Below, piece by piece: positions 10,670-24,257 of a stretch of DNA of 64,000 bases (position 1 is the stretch's first letter; every line of letters starts with the position of its first letter). The translations under genes were made by a program, and so were the position numbers. Source of the DNA: TPA_inf: Saccharomyces (lineage: Eukaryota). The stretch spans positions 832,001-896,000 of the forward strand of contig BK006949.2 in NCBI GenBank assembly GCA_000146045.2, given 5' to 3'. The notes beneath the pieces were generated by a model. The model was not told the origin of the DNA and did no database searches. It saw only the letters and a list, made by a program, of their open reading frames with translations.

Positions 10670-11261
10670 AGAACTTTATGACAACAGAATGTTCTGATTG
10701 TAATATAATGACAAATTTTAATCTTTAGTAATATCTAATATAATAGTTAATGATAAATAGTTAATTCTAATGTTTAATGATCTGCAAATACTTTTTATGT
10801 TTTTCAACATAGTTTTTAATGTGTTTCTACACTTGATCGCAACTAAATCTAAATAAACACACAAGCACAAAATATGATAAAAAAGCAATTTGGCTAGAAG
10901 CACAGGAACCAAATATGACGTTCAATTCAAATAGACCCTTATTTCTGGTCTTGTTCATCAGTCCCTGATGTCTTGCTCTTTCCTTCTGCAATTGATAGCG
11001 CCACACTTCTCAAAAGCAGTGGAAAAAAAAATCATTTCCCAGAAGAACGCGAGAGAACTCCATAGAAAAAAGGGAACTTTCCTACTCAAAAGAGAAAGGG
11101 AAAAATAATTGCGATATATCTTATAGCCTTTTTTTTTTTCCAACTTTCTATTTTTGTAAAAATGAAAATTTCCTTCATAAGCTACAATAAGACTACTCCA
11201 TCCCTTGTTTCCTCAACGCACCGAACTCGATAGGACTGGTCGTAAAACAGAAAACTGACTA

Positions 11262-12020
11262 ATGGCTGCCGCATGCATTTGTCAACCTAATCTTCTTGAG
11301 ATTAATGTATCTGATGGACCACTGGATATGATCCGCAAGAAAAGAAAAATACAACAGCCGCAACTACGTCCACCCCTTCGAGAGAATAAATGCCAACCAC
11401 ACTTTTCTGTACGAAAGGTAAACCAGTCTTACATAATTTCTCTCCATAAAGAAATCACATGCCAACTCATTGCAGAAATTGTCAAACAAAAGTTATCGAG
11501 GATTTGGGAAAAAGTATACATACCATCTTATGAACTGATATCAGACAAAGACGGTAATCAAATTTATGTGGAACAGAGTGTCGACGAAAATAGGCTAACT
11601 TCTGAGATTATGGAGAAACTGGACCCCAACAATATTGATATAGAGGCGATCGAAATATTATTCGACGACTATCACCTAGAATTATCACGCTTGACAAACG
11701 GTATTATTATATCTAGTGCCAATGATCACTTTTACAGGGAATTCTCCTTCAATAACATAATTGATGACAACTTTAAAATTTGTGGAACAAGCATGTCTGC
11801 AGACAGTTTTGATAAGATTTATGGCGTTATGTGGATTGAAGTACCTTTCAATGGCAATGGCTTACAGAATGATAGCGCCGTTAATAGGGTTTCAACATCT
11901 CACAATCAGATAGAAGAATTGAATGACATAGAGCAGGAGATAAGAGCTTTTAATATTAGTCGAAGTAATCAAGAAAGTATCATCAAAAAGGAAGTATCTA
12001 GAAGATTGAATGGGCGGTAA
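11262..12020 (+). CDS. CUR1: Sorting factor/chaperone-cofactor-like protein, 252 aa
   Basis: 252 aa ORF immediately upstream of the Ty1 pair. Length and context match YPR158W. Confidence 0.7.
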   Translation: MAAACICQPNLLEINVSDGPLDMIRKKRKIQQPQLRPPLRENKCQPHFSVRKVNQSYIISLHKEITCQLIAEIVKQKLSRIWEKVYIPSYELISDKDGNQIYVEQSVDENRLTSEIMEKLDPNNIDIEAIEILFDDYHLELSRLTNGIIISSANDHFYREFSFNNIIDDNFKICGTSMSADSFDKIYGVMWIEVPFNGNGLQNDSAVNRVSTSHNQIEELNDIEQEIRAFNISRSNQESIIKKEVSRRLNGR

Positions 12021-12359
12021 GAAATACGGGCTACGGAATTTACCGTGTGTCTTCAAATTGAGTGTCACCCTGTAAGGCTTTCTACTCTATCACAAAATAT
12101 TACATATTCTAATTCTACAATTATAGATATCAAACTTGATAAATTTAGTAGCAAATATGAAGTATTATTATGCATTTCAAAAAATTCCATTGTCCCTTCT
12201 CTTGGGCGCTTGAATTCTAAAAAAAATTAGCGCATCGCTAATAGCGCGTTTGAACCCGTCTTAAGAATGTTCATACCAGTATCAACAAGGGGTATGTTCC
12301 TCAGCATTATCTGAAGGTACTCCTCTAAATTTTTAAGTAAGAAAAGGCGTATAGTCATA

Positions 12360-12411
12360 TAATTGTTGGGAATCCACCACTGATAAAGGTTATAATATCA
12401 GGTAAAGAAAT
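12360..12411 (-). repeat. Older, diverged delta (Ty1/Ty2 LTR) remnant, U5-proximal part in reverse orientation, split by the Ty1 copy 1 insertion
   Basis: The reverse complement reads ...tacctgatattataacctttatcagtggtggattcccaacaatt, which is homologous to the 3' part of a delta LTR. It continues, across Ty1 copy 1, in the 18341-18494 fragment. Confidence 0.55.
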
Positions 12412-12749
12412 TGTTGGAATAAAAATCCACTATCGTCTATCAACTAATAGTTATATTATCAATATATTATCATATACGGTGTTAAGATGATGACATAAGT
12501 TATGAGAAGCTGTCATCGATGTTAGAGGAAGCTGAAACGCAAGGATTGATAATGTAATAGGATCAATGAATATAAACATATAAAACGGAATGAGGAATAA
12601 TCGTAATATTAGTATGTAGAAATATAGATTCCATTTTGAGGATTCCTATATCCTCGAGGAGAACTTCTAGTATATTCTGTATACCTAATATTATAGCCTT
12701 TATCAACAATGGAATCCCAACAATTATCTAATTACCCACATATATCTCA
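12412..12749 (+). repeat. Ty1 copy 1, 5' LTR (delta)
   Basis: Begins TGTTGGAATAAAAATCC and ends ...CCCACATATATCTCA. It is identical in length to the 3' LTR at 18003-18340. Confidence 0.9.
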
Positions 12750-14031
12750 TGGTAGCGCCTGTGCTTCGGTTACTTCTAAGGAAGTCCACACAAATCAAGA
12801 TCCGTTAGACGTTTCAGCTTCCAAAATTCAAGAATATGATAAGGCTTCCACTAAGGCTAACTCTCAACAGACAACAACACCTGCTTCATCAGCTGTTCCA
12901 GAGAACCCCCATCATGCCTCTCCTCAACCTGCTTCAGTACCACCTCCACAGAATGGGCCGTACCCACAGCAGTGCATGATGACCCAAAACCAAGCCAATC
13001 CATCTGGTTGGTCATTTTACGGACACCCATCTATGATTCCGTATACACCTTATCAAATGTCGCCTATGTACTTTCCACCTGGGCCACAATCACAGTTTCC
13101 GCAGTATCCATCATCAGTTGGAACGCCTCTGAGCACTCCATCACCTGAGTCAGGTAATACATTTACTGATTCATCCTCAGCGGACTCTGATATGACATCC
13201 ACTAAAAAATATGTCAGACCACCACCAATGTTAACCTCACCTAATGACTTTCCAAATTGGGTTAAAACATACATCAAATTTTTACAAAACTCGAATCTCG
13301 GTGGTATTATTCCGACAGTAAACGGAAAACCCGTACGTCCGATCACTGATGATGAACTCACCTTCTTGTATAACACTTTTCAAATATTTGCTCCCTCTCA
13401 ATTCCTACCTACCTGGGTCAAAGACATCCTATCCGTTGATTATACGGATATCATGAAAATTCTTTCCAAAAGTATTGAAAAAATGCAATCTGATACCCAA
13501 GAGGCAAACGACATTGTGACCCTGGCAAATTTGCAATATAATGGCAGTACACCTGCAGATGCATTTGAAACAAAAGTCACAAACATTATCGACAGACTGA
13601 ACAATAATGGCATTCATATCAATAACAAGGTCGCATGTCAATTAATTATGAGAGGTCTATCTGGCGAATATAAATTTTTACGCTACACACGTCATCGACA
13701 TCTAAATATGACAGTCGCTGAACTGTTCTTAGATATCCATGCTATTTATGAAGAACAACAGGGATCGAGAAACAGCAAACCTAATTACAGGAGAAATCCG
13801 AGTGATGAGAAGAATGATTCTCGCAGCTATACGAATACAACCAAACCCAAAGTTATAGCTCGGAATCCTCAAAAAACAAATAATTCGAAATCGAAAACAG
13901 CCAGGGCTCACAATGTATCCACATCTAATAACTCTCCCAGCACGGACAACGATTCCATCAGTAAATCAACTACTGAACCGATTCAATTGAACAATAAGCA
14001 CGACCTTCATCTTAGGCCAGAAACTTACTGA
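12709..14031 (+). CDS. TYA: Ty1 TYA (Gag capsid protein), 440 aa; initiation lies inside the 5' LTR
   Basis: MESQQLSNY...LHLRPETY matches the canonical Ty1 Gag. It ends just past the CTTAGGC frameshift heptamer. Confidence 0.95.
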
Positions 14032-17000
14032 ATCTACAGTAAATCATACTAATCATTCTGATGATGAACTCCCTGGACACCTCCTTCTCGATTCAGGAGC
14101 ATCACGAACCCTTATAAGATCTGCTCATCACATACACTCAGCATCATCTAATCCTGACATAAACGTAGTTGATGCTCAAAAAAGAAATATACCAATTAAC
14201 GCTATTGGTGACCTACAATTTCACTTCCAGGACAACACCAAAACATCAATAAAGGTATTGCACACTCCTAACATAGCCTATGACTTACTCAGTTTGAATG
14301 AATTGGCTGCAGTAGATATCACAGCATGCTTTACCAAAAACGTCTTAGAACGGTCTGACGGCACTGTACTTGCACCTATCGTAAAATATGGAGACTTTTA
14401 CTGGGTATCTAAAAAGTACTTGCTTCCATCAAATATCTCCGTACCCACCATCAATAATGTCCATACAAGTGAAAGTACACGCAAATATCCTTATCCTTTC
14501 ATTCATCGAATGCTTGCGCATGCCAATGCACAGACAATTCGATACTCACTTAAAAATAACACCATCACGTATTTTAACGAATCAGATGTCGACTGGTCTA
14601 GTGCTATTGACTATCAATGTCCTGATTGTTTAATCGGCAAAAGCACCAAACACAGACATATCAAAGGTTCACGACTAAAATACCAAAATTCATACGAACC
14701 CTTTCAATACCTACATACTGACATATTTGGTCCAGTTCACAACCTACCAAAAAGTGCACCATCCTATTTCATCTCATTTACTGATGAGACAACAAAATTC
14801 CGTTGGGTTTATCCATTACACGACCGTCGCGAGGACTCTATCCTCGATGTTTTTACTACGATACTAGCTTTTATTAAAAACCAGTTTCAGGCCAGTGTCT
14901 TGGTTATACAAATGGACCGTGGTTCTGAGTATACTAACAGAACTCTCCATAAATTCCTTGAAAAAAAAAATGGTATAACTCCATGCTATACAACCACAGC
15001 GGATTCCCGAGCACATGGAGTCGCTGAACGGCTAAACCGTACCTTATTAGATGACTGCCGTACTCAACTGCAATGTAGTGGTTTACCGAACCATTTATGG
15101 TTCTCTGCAATCGAATTTTCTACTATTGTGAGAAATTCACTAGCTTCACCTAAAAGCAAAAAATCTGCAAGACAACATGCTGGCTTGGCAGGACTTGATA
15201 TCAGTACTTTGTTACCTTTCGGTCAACCTGTTATCGTCAATGATCACAACCCTAACTCCAAAATACATCCTCGTGGCATCCCAGGCTACGCTCTACATCC
15301 GTCTCGAAACTCTTATGGATATATCATCTATCTTCCATCCTTAAAGAAGACAGTAGATACAACTAACTATGTTATTCTTCAGGGCAAGGAATCCAGATTA
15401 GATCAATTCAATTACGACGCACTCACTTTCGATGAAGACTTAAACCGTTTAACTGCTTCATATCATTCGTTCATTGCGTCAAATGAGATCCAAGAATCCA
15501 ATGATCTTAACATAGAATCTGACCATGACTTCCAATCCGACATTGAACTACATCCTGAGCAACCGAGAAATGTCCTTTCAAAAGCTGTGAGTCCAACCGA
15601 TTCCACACCTCCGTCAACTCATACTGAAGATTCGAAACGTGTTTCTAAAACCAATATTCGCGCACCCAGAGAAGTTGACCCCAACATATCTGAATCTAAT
15701 ATTCTTCCATCAAAGAAGAGATCTAGCACCCCCCAAATTTCCAATATCGAGAGTACCGGTTCGGGTGGTATGCATAAATTAAATGTTCCTTTACTTGCTC
15801 CCATGTCCCAATCTAACACACATGAGTCGTCGCACGCCAGTAAATCTAAAGATTTCAGACACTCAGACTCGTACAGTGAAAATGAGACTAATCATACAAA
15901 CGTACCAATATCCAGTACGGGTGGTACCAACAACAAAACTGTTCCGCAGATAAGTGACCAAGAGACTGAGAAAAGGATTATACACCGTTCACCTTCAATC
16001 GATGCTTCTCCACCGGAAAATAATTCATCGCACAATATTGTTCCTATCAAAACGCCAACTACTGTTTCTGAACAGAATACCGAGGAATCTATCATCGCTG
16101 ATCTCCCACTCCCTGATCTACCTCCAGAATCTCCTACCGAATTCCCTGACCCATTTAAAGAACTCCCACCGATAAATTCTCATCAAACTAATTCCAGTTT
16201 GGGTGGTATTGGTGACTCTAATGCCTATACTACTATCAACAGTAAGAAAAGATCATTAGAAGATAATGAAACTGAAATTAAGGTATCACGAGACACATGG
16301 AATACTAAGAATATGCGTAGTTTAGAACCTCCGAGATCGAAGAAACGAATTCACCTGATTGCAGCTGTAAAAGCAGTAAAATCAATCAAACCAATACGGA
16401 CAACCTTAAGATACGATGAGGCAATCACCTATAATAAAGATATTAAAGAAAAGGAAAAATATATCGAAGCATACCACAAAGAAGTCAACCAACTATTGAA
16501 AATGAATACTTGGGACACTGACAAATATTATGACAGAAAAGAAATAGACCCTAAAAGAGTAATAAATTCAATGTTTATCTTCAACAGGAAACGTGACGGT
16601 ACTCATAAAGCTAGATTTGTTGCAAGAGGTGATATTCAGCATCCTGACACTTACGACTCAGGCATGCAATCCAATACCGTACATCACTATGCATTAATGA
16701 CATCCCTGTCACTTGCATTAGACAATAACTACTATATTACACAATTAGACATATCTTCGGCATATTTGTATGCAGACATCAAAGAAGAATTATACATAAG
16801 ACCTCCACCACATTTAGGAATGAATGATAAGTTGATACGTTTGAAGAAATCACTTTATGGATTGAAACAAAGTGGAGCGAACTGGTACGAAACTATCAAA
16901 TCATACCTGATAAAACAGTGTGGTATGGAAGAAGTTCGTGGATGGTCATGCGTATTTAAGAATAGTCAAGTAACAATTTGCTTATTCGTTGATGATATGA

Positions 17001-17980
17001 TATTGTTCAGCAAAGACTTAAATGCAAATAAGAAAATCATAACAACACTCAAGAAACAATACGATACAAAGATAATAAATCTGGGTGAAAGTGATAACGA
17101 AATTCAGTACGACATACTTGGCTTAGAAATCAAATATCAAAGAGGTAAATACATGAAATTAGGTATGGAAAACTCATTAACTGAGAAAATACCCAAATTA
17201 AACGTACCTTTGAATCCAAAAGGAAGAAAACTTAGCGCTCCAGGTCAACCAGGTCTTTATATAGACCAGGATGAACTAGAAATAGATGAAGATGAATACA
17301 AAGAGAAGGTACATGAAATGCAAAAGTTGATTGGTCTAGCTTCATATGTTGGATATAAATTTAGATTTGACTTACTATACTACATCAACACACTTGCTCA
17401 ACATATACTATTCCCCTCTAGGCAAGTTTTAGACATGACATATGAGTTAATACAATTCATGTGGGACACTAGAGATAAACAACTGATATGGCACAAAAAC
17501 AAACCTACCGAGCCAGATAATAAACTAGTCGCAATAAGTGATGCTTCATATGGTAACCAACCATATTACAAGTCACAAATTGGCAACATATATTTACTTA
17601 ATGGAAAGGTAATTGGAGGAAAGTCCACCAAGGCTTCATTAACATGTACTTCAACTACGGAAGCAGAAATACACGCGATAAGTGAATCTGTCCCATTATT
17701 AAATAACCTCAGTCACCTTGTGCAAGAACTTAACAAGAAACCAATTACTAAAGGATTACTAACCGACAGTAAATCTACAATCAGTATAATTATATCCAAT
17801 AATGAAGAGAAATTTAGAAACAGATTTTTTGGTACTAAAGCAATGAGACTAAGAGATGAAGTATCAGGAAATCATCTGCACGTATGCTATATCGAAACCA
17901 AAAAGAATATTGCAGACGTAATGACCAAACCTCTTCCGATAAAAACATTCAAACTATTAACAAACAAATGGATTCATTAG
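12709..17980 (+). CDS. TYB: Ty1 TYA-TYB Gag-Pol fusion (protease, integrase, reverse transcriptase/RNase H) made by +1 ribosomal frameshifting at CTT-AGG-C (14011-14017): join(12709..14013,14015..17980)
   Basis: The heptamer CTTAGGC is at 14011-14017. The downstream 1240 aa open frame is +1 relative to TYA. Integrase signatures are [15 protein letters not shown] and DRGSEYTN; the reverse transcriptase signatures include the YVDD-like [11 protein letters not shown]. Confidence 0.9.
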
Positions 17981-18002
17981 ATCTATTACATTATGGGTGG
18001 TA

Positions 18003-18340
18003 TGTTGGAATAAAAATCCACTATCGTCTATCAACTAATAGTTATATTATCAATATATTATCATATACGGTGTTAAGATGATGACATAAGTTATGAGAAG
18101 CTGTCATCGATGTTAGAGGAAGCTGAAACGCAAGGATTGATAATGTAATAGGATCAATGAATATAAACATATAAAACGGAATGAGGAATAATCGTAATAT
18201 TAGTATGTAGAAATATAGATTCCATTTTGAGGATTCCTATATCCTCGAGGAGAACTTCTAGTATATTCTGTATACCTAATATTATAGCCTTTATCAACAA
18301 TGGAATCCCAACAATTATCTAATTACCCACATATATCTCA
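18003..18340 (+). repeat. Ty1 copy 1, 3' LTR (delta)
   Basis: TGTTGGAATA...ATATATCTCA, preceded by the PPT GGGTGGTA. Confidence 0.9.
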
Positions 18341-18494
18341 GAAATTTTACTAGAAGTTCATTATCCTATTACTTATCAATCCTTGCATTTCAGCTTTCAT
18401 TAAATGTGCTCACTGTTTCTCAATCTTTATGCCATATTTTTGCACCGTATACGATAACATGCAAATAGTACGAATACTAATCGATATGTGATGG
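18341..18494 (-). repeat. Older diverged delta remnant (U3-proximal part, reverse orientation) carrying an internal deletion; it continues the 12360-12411 fragment
   Basis: The reverse complement reads tgttggaataagaatcaaccatc...gaaagctgaaatgcaaggattgataagtaataggataatgaacttctagta. That is recognisably delta, but about 15-20 percent diverged from the Ty1 LTRs here. Confidence 0.6.
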
Positions 18495-18613
18495 TTGATT
18501 CTTATTCCAACAATTATCTTGAACTTCAATCAACTCTCGCAGTTGTCACGTGCAATTTGATACATGTCGCGTTGATATACAAGTACTAAATACGGTACAC
18601 AATGGATTATTTC

Positions 18614-18628
18614 TGTTGTATCTCAAAA
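18614..18628 (+). repeat. First 15 nt of a Ty3 sigma solo LTR (TGTTGTATCTCAAAA), separated from the rest of sigma by the Ty1 copy 2 insertion
   Basis: Matches the sigma 5' terminus exactly. The remaining 326 nt of sigma resume at 24560, after the duplicated CAAAA. Confidence 0.7.
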
Positions 18629-18988
18629 TGAGAAATGGGTGAATGTTGAGATAATTGTTGGGATTCCATTGTTGATAAAGGCTATAATATTAGGTATACA
18701 GAATATACTAGAAGTTCTCCTCGAGGATATAGGAATCCTCAAAATGGAATCTATATTTCTACATACTAATATTACGATTATTCCTCATTCCGTTTTATAT
18801 GTTTATATTCATTGATCCTATTACATTATCAATCCTTGCGTTTCAGCTTCCTCTAACATCGATGACAGCTTCTCATAACTTATGTCATCATCTTAACACC
18901 GTATATGATAATATATTGATAATATAACTATTAGTTGATAGACGATAGTGGATTTTTATTCCAACATACCACCCATAATGTAATAGAT

Positions 18989-21900
18989 CTAATGAATCCA
19001 TTTGTTTGTTAATAGTTTGAATGTTTTTATCGGAAGAGGTTTGGTCATTACGTCTGCAATATTCTTTTTGGTTTCGATATAGCATACGTGCAGATGATTT
19101 CCTGATACTTCATCTCTTAGTCTCATTGCTTTAGTACCAAAAAATCTGTTTCTAAATTTCTCTTCATTATTGGATATAATTATACTGATTGTAGATTTAC
19201 TGTCGGTTAGTAATCCTTTAGTAATTGGTTTCTTGTTAAGTTCTTGCACAAGGTGACTGAGGTTATTTAATAATGGGACAGATTCACTTATCGCGTGTAT
19301 TTCTGCTTCCGTAGTTGAAGTACATGTTAATGAAGCCTTGGTGGACTTTCCTCCAATTACCTTTCCATTAAGTAAATATATGTTGCCAATTTGTGACTTG
19401 TAATATGGTTGGTTACCATACGAAGCATCACTTATTGCGACTAGTTTATTATCTGGCTCGGTAGGTTTGTTTTTGTGCCATATCAGTTGTTTATCTCTAG
19501 TGTCCCACATGAATTGTATCAACTCATATGTCATGTCTAAAACTTGCCTAGAGGGGAATAGTATATGTTGAGCAAGTGTGTTGATGTAGTATAGTAAGTC
19601 AAATCTAAATTTATATCCAACATATGAAGCTAGACCAATCAACTTTTGCATTTCATGTACCTTCTCTTTGTATTCATCTTCATCTATTTCTAGTTCATCC
19701 TGGTCTATATAAAGACCTGGTTGACCTGGAGCGCTAAGTTTTCTTCCTTTTGGATTCAAAGGTACGTTTAATTTGGGTATTTTCTCAGTTAATGAGTTTT
19801 CCATACCTAATTTCATGTATTTACCTCTTTGATATTTGATTTCTAAGCCAAGTATGTCGTACTGAATTTCGTTATCACTTTCACCCAGATTTATTATCTT
19901 TGTATCGTATTGTTTCTTGAGTGTTGTTATGATTTTCTTATTTGCATTTAAGTCTTTGCTGAACAATATCATATCATCAACGAATAAGCAAATTGTTACT
20001 TGACTATTCTTAAATACGCATGACCATCCACGAACTTCTTCCATACCACACTGTTTTATCAGGTATGATTTGATAGTTTCGTACCAGTTCGCTCCACTTT
20101 GTTTCAATCCATAATGTGATTTCTTCAAACGTATCAACTTATCATTCATTCCTAAATGTGGTGGAGGTCTTATGTATAATTCTTCTTTGATGTCTGCATA
20201 CAAATATGCCGAAGATATGTCTAATTGTGTAATATAGTAGTTATTGTCTAATGCAAGTGACAGGGATGTCATCAACGCATAATGATGTACAGTGTTGGAT
20301 TGCATACCTGTATCGTACGTATCAGGATGCTGAATGTCACCTCTTGCAACAAATCTAGCTTTATGAGTTCCGTCACGTTTCTTGTTGAAGATAAACATTG
20401 AATTTATTACTCTTTTGGGGTCTATTTCTTTTCTGTCATAATATCTGTCAGTGTCCCAAGTTTTCATCTTCAACAGTTGGTTGACTTCTTTGTGGTATGC
20501 TTCGATATATTTTTCTTTTTCTTTAATATCTTTATTATAGGTGATTGCCTCATCGTATCGTAAGGTTGTTCGTATTGGTTTGATTGATTTTACTGCTTTT
20601 ACAGCTGCAATCAGGTGAATTCGTTTCTTCGATCTCGGAGGTTCTAAACTACGCATATTCTTAGTATTCCATGTGTCTCGTGATACCTTAATTTCAGTTT
20701 CATTATCTTCTAATGATCTTTTCTTACTGTTGATAGTAGTATAGGCATTAGAGTCACCAATACCACCCAAACTGGAATTAGTTTGACGAGAATTGATCGG
20801 TGGAAGTTCTTTAAAGGAGTCTGATAATTCGGTAGGAGGTTCTGGAGGCGGATCGGGAAGTGGGAGATCAGCGATAATAGATTCCTCGGTATTCTGTTCA
20901 GAAACAGTAGTTGGCGTTTTGATAGGAACAATATTGTGCGATGAATTATTTTCCGGTGGAGAAGCATCGATTGAAGGTGAACGGTGTATAATCCTTTTCT
21001 CAGTCTCCTGGTCGCTTATCTGCGGAACAGTTTTGTTGTTGGTACCACCCGTACTGGATATTGGTACGTTTGTATGATTAGTCTCATTGTTACTGTACGA
21101 GTCTGAGTGTCTGAAATCTTTAGATTTACTGGCGTGCGACGACTCATGTGTGTTAGATTGGGACATGGGAGCAAGTAAAGGAACATTTAATTTATGCATA
21201 CCACCCGAACCGGTACTCTCGATATTGGAAATTTGGGGGGTGCTAGATCTCTTCTTTGATGGAAGAATATTAGATTCAGATATGTTGGGGTCAACTTCTC
21301 TGGGTGCACGAAGATTGATTTCAGATATAGGTTTTGAATCTTCAGTATGAGTTGACGGAGGTGTGGAATCGGTTGGACTCACAGCTTTTGAAAGGACATT
21401 TCTCGGTTGCTCAGGATGTAGTTCAATGTCAGATTGGAAGTCATGGTCAGATTCTATGTTAAGATCATTGGATTCTTGGATCTCATTTGACGCAATGAAC
21501 GAATGATATGAAGCAGTTAAACGGTTTAAGTCTTCATCGAAAGTGAGTGCGTCGTAATTGAATTGATCTAATCTGGATTCCTTGCCCTGAAGAATAACAT
21601 AGTTAGTTGTATCTACTGTCTTCTTTAAGGATGGAAGATAGATGATATATCCATAAGAGTTTCGAGACGGATGTAGAGCGTAACCTGGGATGCCACGAGG
21701 ATGTATTTTGGAGTTAGGGTTGTGATCATTGACGATAACAGGTTGACCGAAAGGTAACAAAGTACTGATATCAAGTCCTGCCAAGCCAGCATGTTGGCTT
21801 GCAGATTTTTTGCTTTTAGGTGAAGCTAGTGAATTTCTCACAATAGTAGAAAATTCGATTGCAGAGAACCATAAATGGTTCGGTAAACCACTACATTGCA

Positions 21901-24257
21901 GTTGAGTACGGCAGTCATCTAATAAGGTACGGTTGAGCCGTTCAGCGACTCCATGTGCTCGGGAATCCGCTGTGGTTGTATAGCATGGAGTTATACCATT
22001 TTTTTCAAGGAATTTATGGAGAGTTCTGTTAGTATACTCAGAACCACGGTCCATTTGTATAACCAAGACACTGGCCTGAAATTGGTTTTTAATGAAAGCT
22101 AGTATCGTGGTAAATACATCGAGGATAGAGTCCTCGCGACGGTCGTGCAATGGATAAACCCAACGGAATTTTGTTGTCTCATCAGTAAATGAGATGAAAT
22201 AGGATGGTGCACTTTTTGGTAGGTTGTGAACTGGACCAAATATGTCAGTATGTAGGTATTGAAAGGGTTCGTATGAATTTTGGTATTTTAGTCGTGAACC
22301 TTTGATATGTCTGTGTTTGGTGCTTTTGCCGATTAAACAATCAGGACATTGATAGTCAATAGCACTAGACCAGTCGACATCTGATTCGTTAAAATACGTG
22401 ATGGTGTTATTTTTAAGTGAGTATCGAATTGTCTGTGCATTGGCATGCGCAAGCATTCGATGAATGAAAGGATAAGGATATTTGCGTGTACTTTCACTTG
22501 TATGGACATTATTGATGGTGGGTACGGAGATATTTGATGGAAGCAAGTACCTTTTAGATACCCAGTAAAAGTCTCCATATTGTACGATAGGTGCAAGTAC
22601 AGTGCCGTCAGATCGTTCTAAGACGTTTTTGGTAAAGCATGCTGTGATATCTACTGCAGCCAATTCATTCAAACTGAGTAAGTCATAGGCTATGTTAGGA
22701 GTGTGCAATACCTTTATTGATGTTTTGGTGTTGTCCTGGAAGTGAAATTGTAGGTCACCAATAGCGTTAATTGGTATATTTCTTTTTTGAGCATCAACTA
22801 CGTTTATGTCAGGATTAGATGATGCTGAGTGTATGTGATGAGCAGATCTTATAAGGGTTCGTGATGCTCCTGAATCGAGAAGGAGGTGTCCAGGGAGTTC
22901 ATCATCAGAATGATTAGTGTGATTTACCGTAGATTCAGTAAGTTCCTGGCCTAAGGTGAAGGTCGTGCTTATTGTTCAATTGAATCGGTTCAGTAGTTGA
23001 TTTACTGATGGAATCGTTGTCCGTGCTGGGAGAGTTATTAGATGTGGATACATTGTGAGCCCTGGCTGTTTTCGATTTCGAATTATTTGTTTTTTGAGGA
23101 TTCCGAGCTATAACTTTGGGTTTGGTTGTATTCGTATAGCTGCGAGAATCATTCTTCTCATCACTCAGATTTCTCCTGTAATTAGGTTTGCTGTTTCTCG
23201 ATCCCTGTTGTTCTTCATAAATAGCATGGATATCTAAGAACAGTTCAGCGACTGTCATATTTAGATGTCGATGACGTGTGTAGCGTAAAAATTTATATTC
23301 GCCAGATAGACCTCTCATAATTAATTGGCATGCGACCTTGTTATTGATATGAATGCCATTATTGTTCAGTCTGTCGATAATGTTTGTGACTTTTGTTTCA
23401 AATGCATCTGCAGGTGTACTGCCATTATATTGCAAATTTGCCAGGGTCACAATGTCGTTTGCCTCTTGGGTATCAGATTGCATTTTTTCAATACTTTTGG
23501 AAAGAATTTTCATGATATCCGTATAATCAACGGATAGGATGTCTTTGACCCAGGTAGGTAGGAATTGAGAGGGAGCAAATATTTGAAAAGTGTTATACAA
23601 GAAGGTGAGTTCATCATCAGTGATCTGACGTACGGGTTTTCCGTTTACTGTCGGAATAATACCACCGAGATTCGAGTTTTGTAAAAATTTGATGTATGTT
23701 TTAACCCAATTTGGAAAGTCATTAGGTGAGGTTAACATTGGTGGTGGTCTGACATATTTTTTAGTGGATGTCATATCAGAGTCTGCTGAGGATGAATCAG
23801 TAAATGTATTACCTGACTCAGGTGATGGAGTGCTCAGAGGCGTTCCAACTGATGATGGATACTGCGGAAACTGTGATTGTGGCCCAGGTGGAAAGTACAT
23901 AGGCGACATTTGATAAGGTGTATACGGAATCATAGATGGGTGTCCGTAAAATGACCAACCAGATGGATTGGCTTGGTTTTGGGTCATCATGCACTGCTGT
24001 GGGTACGGCCCATTCTGTGGAGGTGGTACTGAAGCAGGTTGAGGAGAGGCATGATGGGGGTTCTCTGGAACAGCTGATGAAGCAGGTGTTGTTGTCTGTT
24101 GAGAGTTAGCCTTAGTAGAAGCCTTCTCACATTCTTCTGTTTTGGAAGCTGAAACGTCTAACGGATCTTGATTTGTGTGGACTTCCTTAGAAGTAACCGA
24201 AGCACAGGCGCTACCATGAGAAATGGGTGAATAATTAGATAATTGTTGGGATTCCAT
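18989..24257 (-). CDS. TYB: Ty1 Gag-Pol fusion, copy 2, via +1 frameshift at CTTAGGC: complement(join(18989..22951,22953..24257))
   Basis: Intact 1239 aa Pol frame carrying the same integrase, RT and RNase H motifs as copy 1. Confidence 0.9.
22935..24257 (-). CDS. TYA: Ty1 TYA (Gag), 440 aa, copy 2
   Basis: [14 protein letters not shown]...LHLRPGTY. The frameshift heptamer is at 22949-22955 (minus strand). Confidence 0.95.

Larger units (their letters stand above)
12412..18340 (+). mobile_element. Full-length Ty1 LTR retrotransposon (copy 1), 5929 bp, flanked by a 5 bp target-site duplication GAAAT (12407-12411 and 18341-18345)
   Basis: 338 bp direct LTRs TGTTGGAATA...TCTCA lie at both ends. 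A tRNAiMet primer binding site TGGTAGCGCC is at 12751-12760, and a polypurine tract GGGTGGTA lies just before the 3' LTR. Both the TYA and TYB reading frames are intact. Confidence 0.95.

Noticed and set aside
18495-18613. 119 bp between the old delta remnant and the sigma start, searched for Ty4 tau or Ty5 LTR termini
   Set aside because: I could not match it to any LTR terminus (no TGTTG...CAACA ends). It is treated as original intergenic spacer.
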